Shown here piece after piece: positions 25,701 through 38,849 of a DNA stretch of 64,000 nt. The notes under the pieces were generated by a model. That model worked only from the letters and a program-made list of their open reading frames with translations, searched no databases and had not been told where the DNA came from. The stretch's first letter is position 1. Every line of letters begins with the position of its first letter. The DNA lies in NCBI GenBank assembly GCA_001244265.2, contig CDLV01000007.1, positions 2,232,001 through 2,296,000 of the forward strand, in the 5' to 3' direction. This stretch comes from Microbotryum violaceum. Its lineage: Eukaryota. Both the position numbers and the translations under genes were made by a program.

Positions 25701-26766
25701 TAAATGTTATCGTCTTTACACCGAAGCGGCGTACCGTAACGAGATGTTGCCGAACCCGATCCCGGACATCCAGAGGCAGAACTTGGCGCATACGATCTTG
25801 ATGCTCAAAGCGATGGGGATCAACGATCTGCTCAACTTTGACTTTATGGACGCGCCACCTCAACAAACGATGATCACCGCTTTGGAGAACCTTTATGCGC
25901 TTTCGGCGTTGGATGAGGAAGGCCTCTTGACGCGCTTGGGACGCAAGATGGCGGATTTACCGATCGAACCTCCGTTGGCCAAGATGTTGATCGCTTCGGT
26001 CGATTTGGAATGTTCGGAAGAGATCCTCACCATCGTCGCCATGTTGTCCGTCGGTGGATCGGTTTTCTACCGCCCCAAGGAGAAACAAGCCCAAGCGGAC
26101 GCGAAGAAGGCCAAGTTCCATCAACCGGAAGGGGATCATCTGACCTTGTTGACGGTCTACAACGGTTGGGCCGCGAGCAAGTTCTCGAACCCTTGGGCCT
26201 CGGAGAATTACGTTCAGGCGAGGTCGTTGAGGCGCGCGCAGGACGTAAGGAAACAGTTGCTCGGGATCATGGATCGGTACAAGCATGACATCCTCTCGTG
26301 CGGCAAGAATTATAATCGCGTACGAAGGGCCATCACGTCGGGTTATTTCCGTCATGCGTGCAAGAAGGATCCGCAGGAGGGGTACAAGACGCTGGTGGAA
26401 GGGACCCCGGTGTTCTTGCATCCTTCTTCGGCGTTGTTCAATCGCGCACCGGAGTGGTGCGTTTATCACGAGTTGATTTTGACGACGAGGGAGTATATGA
26501 GGGAGGTGACGGCGATCGAACCAAAGTGGTTGACTGAGGGTACGTTCAGGTCTGCTATTATAGAGCCACTCGATCGAAACTGACGCTCTGGATCCTGGTC
26601 TCTAGTCGCCCCCTCCTTCTTCAAAGTCGCGGACCAAAACACCATCTCGAAACGCAAGAAGCAAGAGAGGATCCAACCCTTGTTCGACAAGTACGCCGTG
26701 CACCAGGACGAATGGAGGTTGTCCAAACTCAAGAGGGCCACGAGGTCGTCGCAGACGTTTGGGTAG
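22767..26766 (+). CDS. PRP22: Pre-mRNA splicing DEAH-box helicase Prp22/DHX8
   Basis: S1 domain ([13 protein letters not shown]), [42 protein letters not shown] and HA2/OB C-terminus. Three introns. Confidence 0.96.
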
Positions 26767-27084
26767 GAGGGTATGGGGGGGGTTGCTGTTTGGGTTTCGT
26801 CGTCGTCGTAGTTGTAATTGCTTTGAGCTGGAACATGTTCATGGTCAGAAAAGATGGCTGTCGTTCTTCAAAGTCTCTGCAAGAATCTGGGTCCATCTGC
26901 ATGGTCCGTGCGCGCGTGCGCCTTCCTAATGCGCGTAACAGAGCCTGCAATCAGGTCCTCCCCCCGCGAAAATGCGGCCGAGCGACCGACGCCAAGTCGA
27001 GCACTTGCAACCCTGCTCTCTCGCCTCTGCCCTCCCAGGCTCCCACCCCACCCCACCCCAACCATCCCCTCAACCAAGACCAAC

Positions 27085-28443
27085 ATGTAAGCCATCGTCG
27101 ACGATCACTGGACTTTGGCGGGTCCAATGATAGTGGTGACCGTACCCCCGAGGTTGTGGGGGAGGTGTAGCCGGTGTAGCCTTCTCCTCGCGCTCGCCGT
27201 CTCCCGCTCCGACGGCCGTGTCTGTGCAGCACCGCCTTTGGGTCAGGTCACGCACGCCTTACGGCCGGCCGGCCACCCAAAACTCGGGCGGATACACGGC
27301 ATGACGCGGGTACGGAGACATTCCTTGTAGCGGCCACGGGGGAACGGCGTCGAAGGTTGGGTCGTTGAAGTGCTTGCATTCGGGGTTGGGACAAGGGCGA
27401 GCATGGGACACGTCATGTTCAGCAACGCACGCCTGCCTTCGTCCAAGAGTCGGTTGAGCGTTCCGTCGCGCCACGTCGGGCCCGCGGACGACGGGGACGA
27501 AGGCGCACAGCGAAGACGACGTCGGTGCATGGCGACATCGCATTCGCATTCACCAAACATGTTTCCCATCATGGTCATTGCGCGGCGTATAGTGGTACTG
27601 ATCCTCGCTTGTCATTGGTGCAACAGGAGCGACCCCTACGATCCTTACATCTCCATCTCCGGGGCCGGTGGCAACTCTTCGCGTAAGCTTGGAACGCTTG
27701 TTGGCACTCCTCGACGCCCGTCCTAACCTCCCCCTCTCACAACCATCGACCCAACGCACCACTTTACCTCTTCCTCAATAGACAACCCGGCAGGCACGCC
27801 CGCCGCTTCCGGATCGTCCAAGACGGCTGCGATCCAGGCCCAGATCGACGATACGGTCGGCATCATGCGTGAGAACATCACCAAGGTTGCCGAACGGGGC
27901 GAACGACTGGACGCGTTGCAGGACAAGACCGGTAGGTGCCCTCCGACATCGTCAAGGCCGTTGCTGCCAGTTGGGGAAGCTGATTTGGGTTGGATCGGCC
28001 TTTCGGGGGTGCAGACAACTTGGCCCAGTCCGCGCAAGGGTTCAGGAAGGGGGCCAACAGGGTCAGGAAACAAATGGTCAGTTGCTCGGGGCAGGAGCGT
28101 CTTCTTTGGCGTTACAGATCACTGACGTTGTGCCTTATCATGCTCCGTCTCAAGTGGTGGTGCGTGGGATGCCAGACCCAGGCCCTCGAATGAACACCCG
28201 CTTTGACCCGTGCTAATCACATCTGTCTCGGGGCGCCGATTGATATTCAGGAAGGACATGAAGATGCGTCTCTTGATCGGTGTTGGAATTGCCGTCCTGG
28301 TCGTCGTCATCGTTGGTACGTACGCGCGGAGAGCGTGCACGCTCCTCGGAAATGACCCTCGTGAGATTCGCGCTAACCCGCTTCCGTGTCCGTCCCAACG
28401 ACGCACATCCACCCACCCAGTCCCCATCGTAGTGAAGAAATGA
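27085..28443 (+). CDS. SNC1: Synaptobrevin/VAMP v-SNARE Snc1
   Basis: MSDPYDPYI...[62 protein letters not shown] followed by a C-terminal transmembrane helix. Confidence 0.94.
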
Positions 28444-29329
28444 GATGAGGCGCACGACTCGAGCAACAACGAACCCATAGGGCCAAAATTCCCTCCCACC
28501 TCCTTGACCACCTCTCCAACAGCAAACTCCTCCAAGACGTCTCGATAGTTTCCTCTCAAGCGCCCCTCTCCACACCTCCGCTTATCGTCCCCTTTCCTAC
28601 TACTCTCAACGTCACAACTACCTCTTGTTCTCTTCTGTTCTCCCTGGCTCCGAGCCCGTGCACCAATTCATTCGCCCCCACACACCCTTCACCACATCTT
28701 CACCACCACCTCACCCACCACCTACCCACCCTCCTCGTCGACCACCCCCATCACGATCGATTACCCACAAACCCCACGTCTGCTTCACTTTTCTCTTTCG
28801 AGTGGAGCTCTCCTCCTCCTTTGTGTTATCTCCTTCTGTCCTACTCTTTTTCGCGGCACAAATAATACTTTGACCCCCCCCCTTTTTCTCTTCCGACTCT
28901 GGATCTCGTTGGGTCGGGAGGAGGGAGGATGGGTTCACTCTTTGTGTGTGCGTGTGAATAGTTTAAATAATGTACCATGCATCCACATATACATACATCT
29001 TTTGATTCAAACCTGCTGATCACTCGATGGTTGGGCCGGAGTGAGGTGTCGAGAGCTCTGGAATAGTAGTTTTCATCGTGCGAGTCCCGATGCGGGGGGG
29101 GGGGGGGGGGAGGTTAACGAGAGATATGTGTTTTCCGGGGAAACGACGTCTAGTCCAAGATGAACAAAGTCGGTTATGTTGAACGCGAGACATGCTTCCT
29201 CTGCCGTACCCGTAGTAACTTGCGACTCGCGCTCGGGCCTCCTTTAGACGCGGGGAGCGAATGCTCGTCACCCGCCCCCTTTTCCCCTTCCAACACTTCA
29301 TATCCACCGCACCTCACAGCCCATCAACC

Positions 29330-29834
29330 ATGCCCTCGGACCTACGCCTCCGCCCCAGTCCGCAAGCCGGATTTTCGACTTCCCCCAACGGAGCCTCCAC
29401 ACGTCCGCTCCGCTCCGCCTCCACGCGTCCTCGACCGCCTCCTGGCCGCTCGAACGTCCTCGGCGTCTCCCCTCTCGTCTTGTCCTTCTTCCTCCTCCTC
29501 TCCCTCTCTTGGTCCTTCATCTCGATTCATTATCACTTGGCGCCTTATTCTTGGTTGTCGGATTGGAAACATAGGCACGATAAGATCGTACAACATCGAC
29601 CGGCGTTTAGGCATGTCGAGAGGTGCGTTTCCATGCCTGTTCCGTTGAAACTTATTGAGGAGGGGGCGAGGGAAATGCTTTTCGTAAAGTAAAGAAGATG
29701 TTGATGTGGATGGTCTCGATTGGTAATGAAACAGGTACTCGCCTGAACATCGCTTTCGACCTGCCGCGAGTCCGGTCATCAAGATCAAGGATCGGAAAGG
29801 GAACGTCAAGAAGGTCAAGGGGTTGTATCACTGA
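29330..29834 (+). CDS. Small single-pass membrane protein of unknown function (2 exons)
   Basis: ATG at 29330, hydrophobic LVLSFFLLLSLSWSFISIHY, GT-AG intron at ~29623-29734, and second exon YSPEHRFRPAASPVIKIKDRKGNVKKVKGLYH*. Confidence 0.7.
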
Positions 29835-30068
29835 GGGGGTGGGGCTCCTGGGGATCATCTTCAAGGTCAGGGGAGTGGCGAAGGCGTGAGGAGAGTTTAT
29901 GTATTGTTGTATGATACCAGGGTATTCATAGTCGTCCTTCGCATCGTGATCGTGCAATTCTTCAGTCGCTTTCGTTTCCTTCCAACTCTCGAGAATGCCT
30001 CTCAAGAACAAGCATTTATGACTACACGTTACACAGTACATTCCCATACATCCGCTGCTCGTTTCTCC

Positions 30069-33000
30069 TCACTTCTTTGCAGTCAAAGCACTCGCGCCGA
30101 CCTGCTTGACGTGTCCCTTCTTTTGCCCACCGAGGGCTTCCAGGTCTTGGGCTTTAAAGTAGTGCGGTGCAACTGGATGAAATGGTCATCAGAAGATCAT
30201 TTGATCAGCTTCCGGTCGAAAAAGAGTCGGCAGTGAAAGTGAAACCCCAGGTTCAAGAACAAGACGACGCACCTTCCAACAACCACTCGCTCTTAATCTC
30301 CATCACCTGCCTCGCGTACTCGCGACTCGTCAACACCAACTCGAACCAAACCACGACCTTGGGCGGCGGTTGATGTTGGAACAAACTCGAACTAGGATGA
30401 ATGTTGACCGTCTGATTCGACTTGATCGTTCGATAAGCGTCGCCGGATCGATTGAGCCGACCCGAATTTTGAAAGTAACCCGCGCAGATCGCTTTTTGAA
30501 TAGGTACGATGTCGGTTCGGTTCGGATTGGCGTCGACGAAGATCTCGACGCGTTCGCAGAGGCCGACGAGTTGATCCCTAATATCCCTAACGCGCGTAAG
30601 GGATTTGATCTGAATGAAATGTTCGTACGTCCACGAAATCGAGAAACCCGATTCTTGCCATTGTTCCCACACGTTCAAGAGCGTGAAATGATCCCCACCC
30701 GGTTTGACGAAATTCTGTCGTGCCGTATCCGCCTCCAATTTTTTCTGCTTCGGACGATAGAACAAGGAGCCCGATTCGGAAAGCATCGAAACGATGGTAA
30801 GCACCTCTTCGGTGCAATTGTATCTCTCACTCGCGAGAATCGTTTTAGACATGGCGGGGTCCATGGGGAATTCGGCCATGCGACGACCCAGCTTGGTCAA
30901 TTCACCTTTGTCGTTGAAGGCTCCGAGCGCATAAAGGTTGTCCAAGGCTCGAATGAGCGTATCTCCGGGCGGGGGGTCGAGGAAATCGAAGCCGATGAGA
31001 TCGTTGATACCCAGCGATTTGAGCATCAACACCACGGTACCCAAGTTGGTCCTTTGGATTTCGGGGACCGTATCCTGTTCCAGTTCATGCATGTACGCAT
31101 GCTTGGTGTACAAACGGAAACATTTACCCGGTCCCACGCGTCCGGCACGGCCTGCTCGTTGACCCGCGGCGGCTCGAGAACAGGGCGTCACGACGAGGGA
31201 TTCCATCCCCGATCGAGGGTTGTACGAATTTTGCTTGACGAAACCGGGGTCAATAACGTAGACGACCCCGTCGATCGTGATCGAGGTTTCGGCAATGTTG
31301 GTCGCCAACACGACTTTTCTCGCTCCTTCGGGGGTAGGTTCAAAGATCTTGGCTTGCATGTCCGTCGGCAAATTGGCGTAAATGGGACAGATCATCAATT
31401 CGGCGACTTTGTTCCCCAATGCTCGTGCGGTCTCTTCGAGGTTCTCTTGCATCGCTTCTATCTCGTCTTGACCTGTGAGGAAAACGAGGATGTCGCCTTT
31501 GGGTTGGGAGGTATGGATCTGGAAGACGGTCGTCACCGCCGCGTGGAGGTAGTTGGCTTCGGGTTGAGGCGTGTAGAGGATATCGACCGGATACCTTCGA
31601 CCGGGAATACGGAAGATCGGGGCATCGTCAAAGTATTCCGAAAATTTGGTCGCGTTCAACGTCGCTGACGAGATGAGCAGACGGAAGTCGGGGCGAAAGC
31701 GAGCGATATCCTTGACGAGACCGAGTAGGATATCCGTGGAGAGCGTGCGTTCGTGCGCCTCGTCGATGATCATGACGCTGTATCCACCTAGGTCGGGTTC
31801 GGTTAGAAATTCGCGCAACAACATCCCGTCGGTCATGTACTTGATCCGCGTCTTGTCGCTCGTGCAATCCTCGAAGCGGATCGAGTACCCGACCTCATTA
31901 CCCAATCGACAGCCGACTTCTTCGGCGACGCGAGCGGCGACGGACATGGCTGCGACACGACGAGGTTGCGTGCAGCCAATCTTGAGCCCGTCCTTGCAAA
32001 AGCCGGATTCAAACAGGTACTGAGGCAACTGCGTCGTCTTGCCCGATCCCGTCTCGCCCTCGATGATGACGACCTGATACTCCCTCACCGCATCGAGGAA
32101 CTGTTCTCGCCATTCGTAGACGGGCAACGACTTACGCACCTCGTCCAACGACTTGGCTTTACGTTCGGCCTCGTCGACCTGCGCCTGCAACGCCGCGTCC
32201 TTGGAAGAAGTCGGCATCGAGCCTGCTATACCACCTTCGGCATCGAGCGCAAAAGCGATCTTGACGGATTCGTCAAAGACAAAATCGTACTCGTCCTCGA
32301 CGACTTGTCGATCCAATGCGCCCGTGGTGAGTTGCGCCTTGGCCGTTTGCTCCATCTCGTACTGTTCGAGATCGGTGACGAATTCCTGGTCCTTGACGCC
32401 TCGGGACTTGGGCTTGACGTCGGTGTACCTCGAGCTCAACAGGTCGCGCTTCTTCTTGGAGTCGATCTTGCCCTGCGCGGTAAAGTAGTCGTCTGGCATC
32501 TGGTACCCGTCCAAGCCCTCGTCGATGGCAAGTCGTTCCTCGGCCAACCTCAACAGTTCCTTTTTGCGATCCAATTCTTGCCTCTCCCGTTTGGTCAACT
32601 TGACCCCTCTGAAATCCCTCTCATCATCCGCGATTTCGATGCGCAACAGATCCAACTGTTGTTGTTCCCTCTTGCCCAAATAATTCTGCCTTGCGCGATC
32701 CCTCAACGAAGGCATCGCCTTTTGGAGTGCGTCCGGATCACCTGCGAGGGCCCTGCGGGCGGCTGCTTCGGGGTCGGCTCGATCCTCGATCAGTTTCTTG
32801 GTACGGTCCTTGTCCTTGTCCTTCATGCGTTGGGCGAACTCGTCCCTCTCTTTCAGGTCGGCCAATCGTTCACGTTCTCTTCGATCGGCCGCTTCTTCCT
32901 CGGTCTCTTTAACGGGTGCTTCTTCCTGCTCGGTTTGATCGGCCTGGGGTTGAACGAATTCGTTGATCCCATCCGGACGTCGGTTGGCGTGCCTCCTAGC

Positions 33001-33634
33001 CTGCGCCTCGTCGTCCCTCTTGTGACGTTCTTCCTCCTTGCTCCTTTTGGCGGCCCTCTCTTCCTCGTCCGATTCCCATCCATCTTGAGCTTGATCCCGT
33101 TTCCTCAAAGCGGACGACGAAGCTTTCTTGGACGAGGAAACTTGCTTGGCTTTACCCTTCTCCTTCTGACTCTTACTCGACGACGAAGCCAAAGACGTTC
33201 CCAGTGCAGGTTCTTCATCCTCCAACATCAACGAAAATTTTTGCTTCTGCATTCCTCTTTTTTCCTTTTCCGCCTTCTTTTTCAACAATTCTTGCGTTTG
33301 CTTCAGGTTCGTAAGAGGGGTGGTGGAGGAAGAGGAGGAGGATTTGGGTAACCTATCCGCGAGACCTTGGGCAAAGGTTTGGGTCGCGGGACTTTTGGGG
33401 AGACCGTTGGTGAGGAGTAGGGAATGAATGGAGGTTGGGGAGGGGTGTTTGAGCGAGGTGGCTGGGGGGGGGAAGGGGGGGAAGGGAGGGCAATGTTGGG
33501 GTTCGTGAGGCAAGGTGGGTGAGAGGAGGGTGGGACTGACCTAGGGTGATGAAGTAGTCGACCGTGACCGAGTCCGAGGCACCGAGTAGGGAGAGCAAGT
33601 TGTCCGAGACGTACGTCTTGAGTGAGGACGACAT
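30069..33634 (-). CDS. PRP2: Pre-mRNA splicing DEAH-box helicase Prp2/Cdc28/DHX16
   Basis: N-terminus [61 protein letters not shown] and last exon VAPHYFK. Confidence 0.93.
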
Positions 33635-33968
33635 GGTGGTTGTAGTGGGTCTCGGAAGAATGGGGTGTGGTGCCTGATCGGCCTGATCCTCCAACGACGA
33701 CGGCGAGCGATGGGTCAGAGACTGAGCTGGGCCAAGTCACGTCCTGCGTTTGTAATGGCCTCGCGTTTGGGGATTACAAATGCGGGGAGAAATTGAAAAC
33801 CCCCAAGCCACCAACGGCGAAGCGCGCGCGGGCTGCGACGGAGCTCGGCCTCTCCTCCACACAAGTCACCCCGCTCAGGGCGAGAGTCCCACGTTACATA
33901 TCCCACACAGACATGCCCAACACAAAGGTGAGTCAGATCTAAGTTGTCAGATCTATCAGCTGTGGTTG

Positions 33969-36796
33969 ATGCCGAGTAATCCTCGCCTCGCACAGAAACG
34001 ATGGCATACGGTGCGACCGTGGCAGCCTCCCGCTTCAGCTTCAGCTTCAGCCTCAGCCTCGGACACTCCCGGCGCGGTGCAAGCCTCGAGCTCGGCAGCG
34101 ACGACCACATCCACTTGCACCACCGCAGCAACTCGCACGGGCGGGGCTCATTCCTCTGAACCGTCTTCGCTCGCTTCCTCCCGCCGCTCCTCGGTCGACA
34201 GCACCTCCTCCCTCTCCTCTTCCCTCTCCTCCCCTTCCTCCTCTTCCTCGTCCTCCGCCTCCTCCACCACCACCTCGTCGACCTCCACCTCCTCCCACCA
34301 ACTGCAACTCCAAGTCCTCGACGTCACTTCCACAGCCGTAGTCCTCTCCGTCACGTCCCCACTCCAGTCGACCCCGCGCACCCACCGACGACATCATCGC
34401 AAGCGCAAGGGCAAAGAACCGACGATCTCGATCCAACTCAACGGACAGGATTGGTCCCGAGTCGCTCATGCCGGTCCGACGACCGTAGCCACTGAGACCG
34501 ATGACGAATCATCGTCCACTTCACCGGAGGCGATGACGGTGATTGTGTATGGGTTGGATCAGGCTAGTGAATACGAGATCGGGTTGGAGGTCGTCAAGGC
34601 TTCCACTTCGAGTTCGAGGTCGACGACCGCGATCGGAACCGAAACCGGAACCGGAACCGGAACCGAGGGGACGACTGAGCTGCAAGATCATCATCACCAT
34701 CATCATCATCATCATCATCAGAGGGGGGTCATCCAGGTCGAGACACCTTTGTCCAATCCGACTCTGCGTCGAGAGCACGACGAAGCCCACACCGGTCGTG
34801 AGTAGGAGGTGAGCGCCGAGCTTGTTCCCTTGAGCAGATCTGACCAGCCCGTTGCCCTTCCCTATAGACCCCTCCCCCCATCGAGTGACGACGTCAACCG
34901 ATTACTCCGCGGACCCTGCTCTCACCTCGACCTCTTCACCAACTACCCCTAACGCGAACGAATCGAACCACACCTCCTCGCACAGCAGTACGCCCGACGG
35001 ACCACCCCCTCCTTACTCCCCCTCCCCCTCACCCTTGGCGAACGATTCTTCGACCTCCCCCTCCACCTCGACCACGAACTACGCGCACCCTTCTTCGACC
35101 GTCTCCGAACCACCCACGGACGAACCTCACCTCCGCGCGCAACTGAAAAACATTCGCGCGTCTTCGAAACGGACCGAATCCGTCTTACAAGCTTCGATCA
35201 ACGCGCTGAAGAAGAGCGTCGACAAAGCTTTGAAGGAGGATCAGAGAGCGAGGACGAGGATTGTGGGGTTGGAAGACGCGATTAGAAAGGCTACGGAGGG
35301 GGAGAAATTCATGAGGTTGGAGGAGAGGGGGGATGTCGAAGGCGCATTGGAGAGGTTGGTTAGGGAGGAGGAGGAGAGGGGGAGCGAGTTGAAGCGAAGG
35401 AAGGAAGGCGCGGGCAATATCGGAAAGGAGGAAGGGGTGGGAATGGGTAATAGGAAAGGTGAGGAAGAAGGGAACGGGGGTGGGAACGTAGCACCGAGTG
35501 GGGAGGTCGGAGTGGGTGAGTTGATGAAAGAGTTGGATGCGCTGAACGTCAAGATTGAGGAAAAGGACAAGGACGAGAGAAAAAAGTTGCAGGACGCGGT
35601 CAAGCATCTGGAAGCCGAATTGACCAGGTTGGACAACGAGTTCATACAGTGCGTTATACCAATCTTGGTCAAAACAGGACTAGAGAAGATCCTCTGCTGA
35701 CTGTACAAGATCAATTGTGGTGCACAGACTCGATCGGGAGGAAACGCATCGCTATCATATGGCCATGCAAGCCGCGGCGGCGGCAGCCGTTTCGGAAGCT
35801 CGCCTTTCGTCGGATTCACTCCTCCCCTCACCGACGTCATTGAATGCGCCGCCTTTGTCGTCGTTGTCGAGTGGTTTCAATTTGAGATGGAGAAGGAACC
35901 CTTCGCAAGGTCAACAACTGCCACAGAATCATGATGCTTCACCTCCGACTGTCACATCGGTCGATCATAACCTCGCTGCCGGTGGTGGGGACCCGCGCTC
36001 GTTCGGTCGTTTCTGGCGCAAGAACGCTTCCCACAACGTCATTGTCAACCCACCCCACTTGAACCCCGGTACTTCGATCCTCCTGAACCCAGACGACCTC
36101 GATTCCCCTCGCACTTCGTTCGAAACCCAAAACGGCTCGCTTGCACCAAATACCTACGTTTCCTCAGGCCAACAAGGACCAGGTTCGATTTCCGATCGAC
36201 AGTATTACGCTCAGGTGCATCAAGCCATGTGGGGAAATGGAACGGGACCTACGGGAGGTCCTGTTGGATCTGGATCGGGCCTTACGGGGCCGAATGCGAT
36301 TGATATAGTTACGCCGCCGAGGAATGAAGGGTTGGGGTCGGGCTCGTTGGGCAGACGGACGGGCGCAGCGGCGTTGTTGAGCAGGTCGGGGAGTTTGAAC
36401 GCGTCCCAGAGAGCACAACAACAACAACAGCTGGACGTCGGTTCGACGTCGAGTGTGTTACCCCCTGGGATCGAGATTCAACAACCGCAACCAGAGACCG
36501 ACCTTGCAGCGTCAACCTCTTCAAATTCCTCCATGTCCATCTTCAGCTCCAAATCCTCCACCAGTAAATCAAACCGAAGCGTCAGTAACCCTGTCGACAT
36601 TTCCGGCACTTCACCTGGAGGCAAGAGTTTCGAGTCTAACGGCACCAATTCGAGTGGTGGGGGTGGCGGCGGGGGACCGAGTAGTTGGGGTACGAGGTTG
36701 CAGGGGACTTGGTCGTCGGTCGTGGCGAGGAAGTCGAAGGAGAAGGATGGAGGGGACGCGGGTGGGGGTGGGGGTAAGGAGAAGGAGAAGGTTTGA
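33969..36796 (+). CDS. Uncharacterised Ser-rich protein with FN3-like domain and coiled coil
   Basis: Three long in-phase ORFs joined by GT-AG introns. FN3-like ISIQLNGQDW..VIVYGLDQASEYEIGLEV, a poly-His tract, and coiled coil LRAQLKNIRASSKRTESVLQASINALKK. Confidence 0.75.
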
Positions 36797-36924
36797 AAGG
36801 GGTGGGGAGAAAATGAAGCATGAAGATACGCGGTTATTCTGTGTGTACGTACTGCATTTTTCATTCTATTGCAACATCACAGACCCTGTTTTTGCATCGA
36901 CTGGGCAATTACGTCGCGGGGCCT

Positions 36925-38038
36925 TCAAACTCTGACCCCATCTGCAGCCGAAGCCTTGAAGCGTTCCCCCTCCTCCTTCTCCTTCTTCAACCTTCTCCCT
37001 TCTCTCTTCCAATCCTTAAAGTCGACCTTGGGCATCTCGATCCCCAGTTCCCTCCTCAATTCGCCAATATCCATCCCCCACTTCTTCTCCCATTCAACCC
37101 CAATCAAGCACTCGGCCTTCCCCCCACTCTTCAACGCCCAGCTGCCATAAGCATCCCACAACCTCCTCCGTTCCTCTTTCTCCATTCTCAGCGGTCCAAA
37201 CACGGACGATAACAAAGCGACGGGTAGACCAAAGTTGGCAAGTTCGAACCATTTAACGACCAGTTCGGCGGGTAGGGAGACGCCGAATCCGAGGAGGACG
37301 TGATAAAAGTCGTGTGATTCGCGGTAACGTTGCATGATGTACGCGAGCTCGGCATCATCGATGTAGCGCACCTGAAAGTGTCAGGAGGAGCAAAGTGAGC
37401 TTTTGATCTTGAGCCCCTACTTAGAAAACCCTGCCCTCGATAGGTAAAACGTACCGGATCCCTCGTATCAGGCGTCACTTTATTCCCTTTCAACCAATCC
37501 GCATACGCCCTCCCGAAAGTACCTGCTGGCAACTTCGCGAGCGTATTCTCAATATCGAGCGAGGCTTCGGTGATGCGGGGTCTTTCGCGCAGGAGGGAAC
37601 GACCGGAAGGGGTGGAGAGGATTTCGGTGCGGAGTCGGGCGAGGAAAGGGCCGGAAGTCGTTTCGGATAAGACGGCGATCATGTCTTTTTGGTTTTAGGG
37701 GGGGCAAAAGAGAGAAGGGGGTTAGATCGGTATTGGGGAGGGATGTGGGGATGGGATGGGAGCGTACCGTGACGATAGGTATTCGTGATTGAAGCGAAAG
37801 CACTTCCGACTGCCAACAAGGAACGTTGAAACAGATTGATCGGCACATGACCTGGGTAGAGCGGAGCTTCTGAAGGAGGGGAAGAGGAAGTTGGGTTCGA
37901 TGTGGTGATGGCTCGTGTTGGAGAGGTGGGGAAGGAGCGTTGGGTGGGGAGGAGGTGACGTAACCACGGGATTGCACCGAGGGACGGGGTCAGCTGACGA
38001 CGGAGGGTCCGAGTGGCCCGGGCGGGGAGGGAGGTCAT
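36925..38038 (-). CDS. COQ4: Ubiquinone biosynthesis protein Coq4
   Basis: LYPGHVP, DMIAVLSETT, GRSLLRERPRIT, VTPDTRDPV and zinc motif YRESHDFYH...ELVVKWFE. Confidence 0.95.
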
Positions 38039-38201
38039 TTATGCTCTCGTGTTCGCGTTGCTAGTTGGTGGGTTTGGCGGGTCGAAAAGGAGCCAACAGC
38101 AAGGGAGCGAGAGAGAGGACGAGAGAGGACGACTTGTGAACCCGCGCGCTCGTCTCACTCTTTTCTCCCAACACCTGCCCCCTCTCCTACCATCAACCGC
38201 A

Positions 38202-38783
38202 ATGTCGTGCACCTGCCTACTCCAAACATCGAACCGAGCCATCTCGTCTACGTCTTCTGCGTCTCGCCTCGTGCTCAAAGCGGGCTTCTCCTCGCAATCG
38301 ATCGTACGAGCGGCCGCGAAAGGTACAGGTGCTAAAGCAGGAACAACAGCAGCAGGTTCGCAGATGAAATTCCACCGTAAAGGGTTTGTGTTATCTTTAC
38401 TGACCATCCGTTTTGTTCTCTTGATGCAGCTTCTCCTGCAACACCAACGCCAGCCGCAGCTGCAGGAACGGCTTCGCTCTCGTCGTGCCCGGCAGGCACC
38501 GTCTTGCCCGGATTGAACTTTTCGAAAACGGGTTCGGACCCAATCGCAAAGGTAAGAGCAGCGGATTCCAATAGTTCGACCAAGCTCTGCTGCTCAGCCC
38601 TGGGACTCCGCCCGACAGGAAGACTCTGAATACCCCTCTTGGCTTTGGACGCTCCTTTCGCCTCGGAAAGCGCCCGCTTCCATCAGTGGTTCACCCAAAG
38701 ACGTGGCCTTGTTCGACCAAAAGAGGAAGATAAAGATTTCGTCCAAGACGGCGATCCGGGCCAGGAATACTTTGACTGGGTAG
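38202..38783 (+). CDS. MRPL37: Mitochondrial ribosomal protein mL54 (L37)
   Basis: Presequence-like N-terminus and SSCPAGTVLPGLNFSKTGSDPIAK|EDSEYPSWLWTLL. Confidence 0.88.
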
Positions 38784-38849
38784 ATTGTCTTGGAGCGGAG
38801 GGGCGGACGTTTTTCATCTGTTTTCCGAACGACGAACTTGGTTGGCCAC

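Noticed and set aside
30370-33351. Long plus-strand ORFs (432 and 461 aa)
   Set aside because: These are antisense shadows of the PRP2 coding sequence in GC-rich DNA and have no recognisable motifs.
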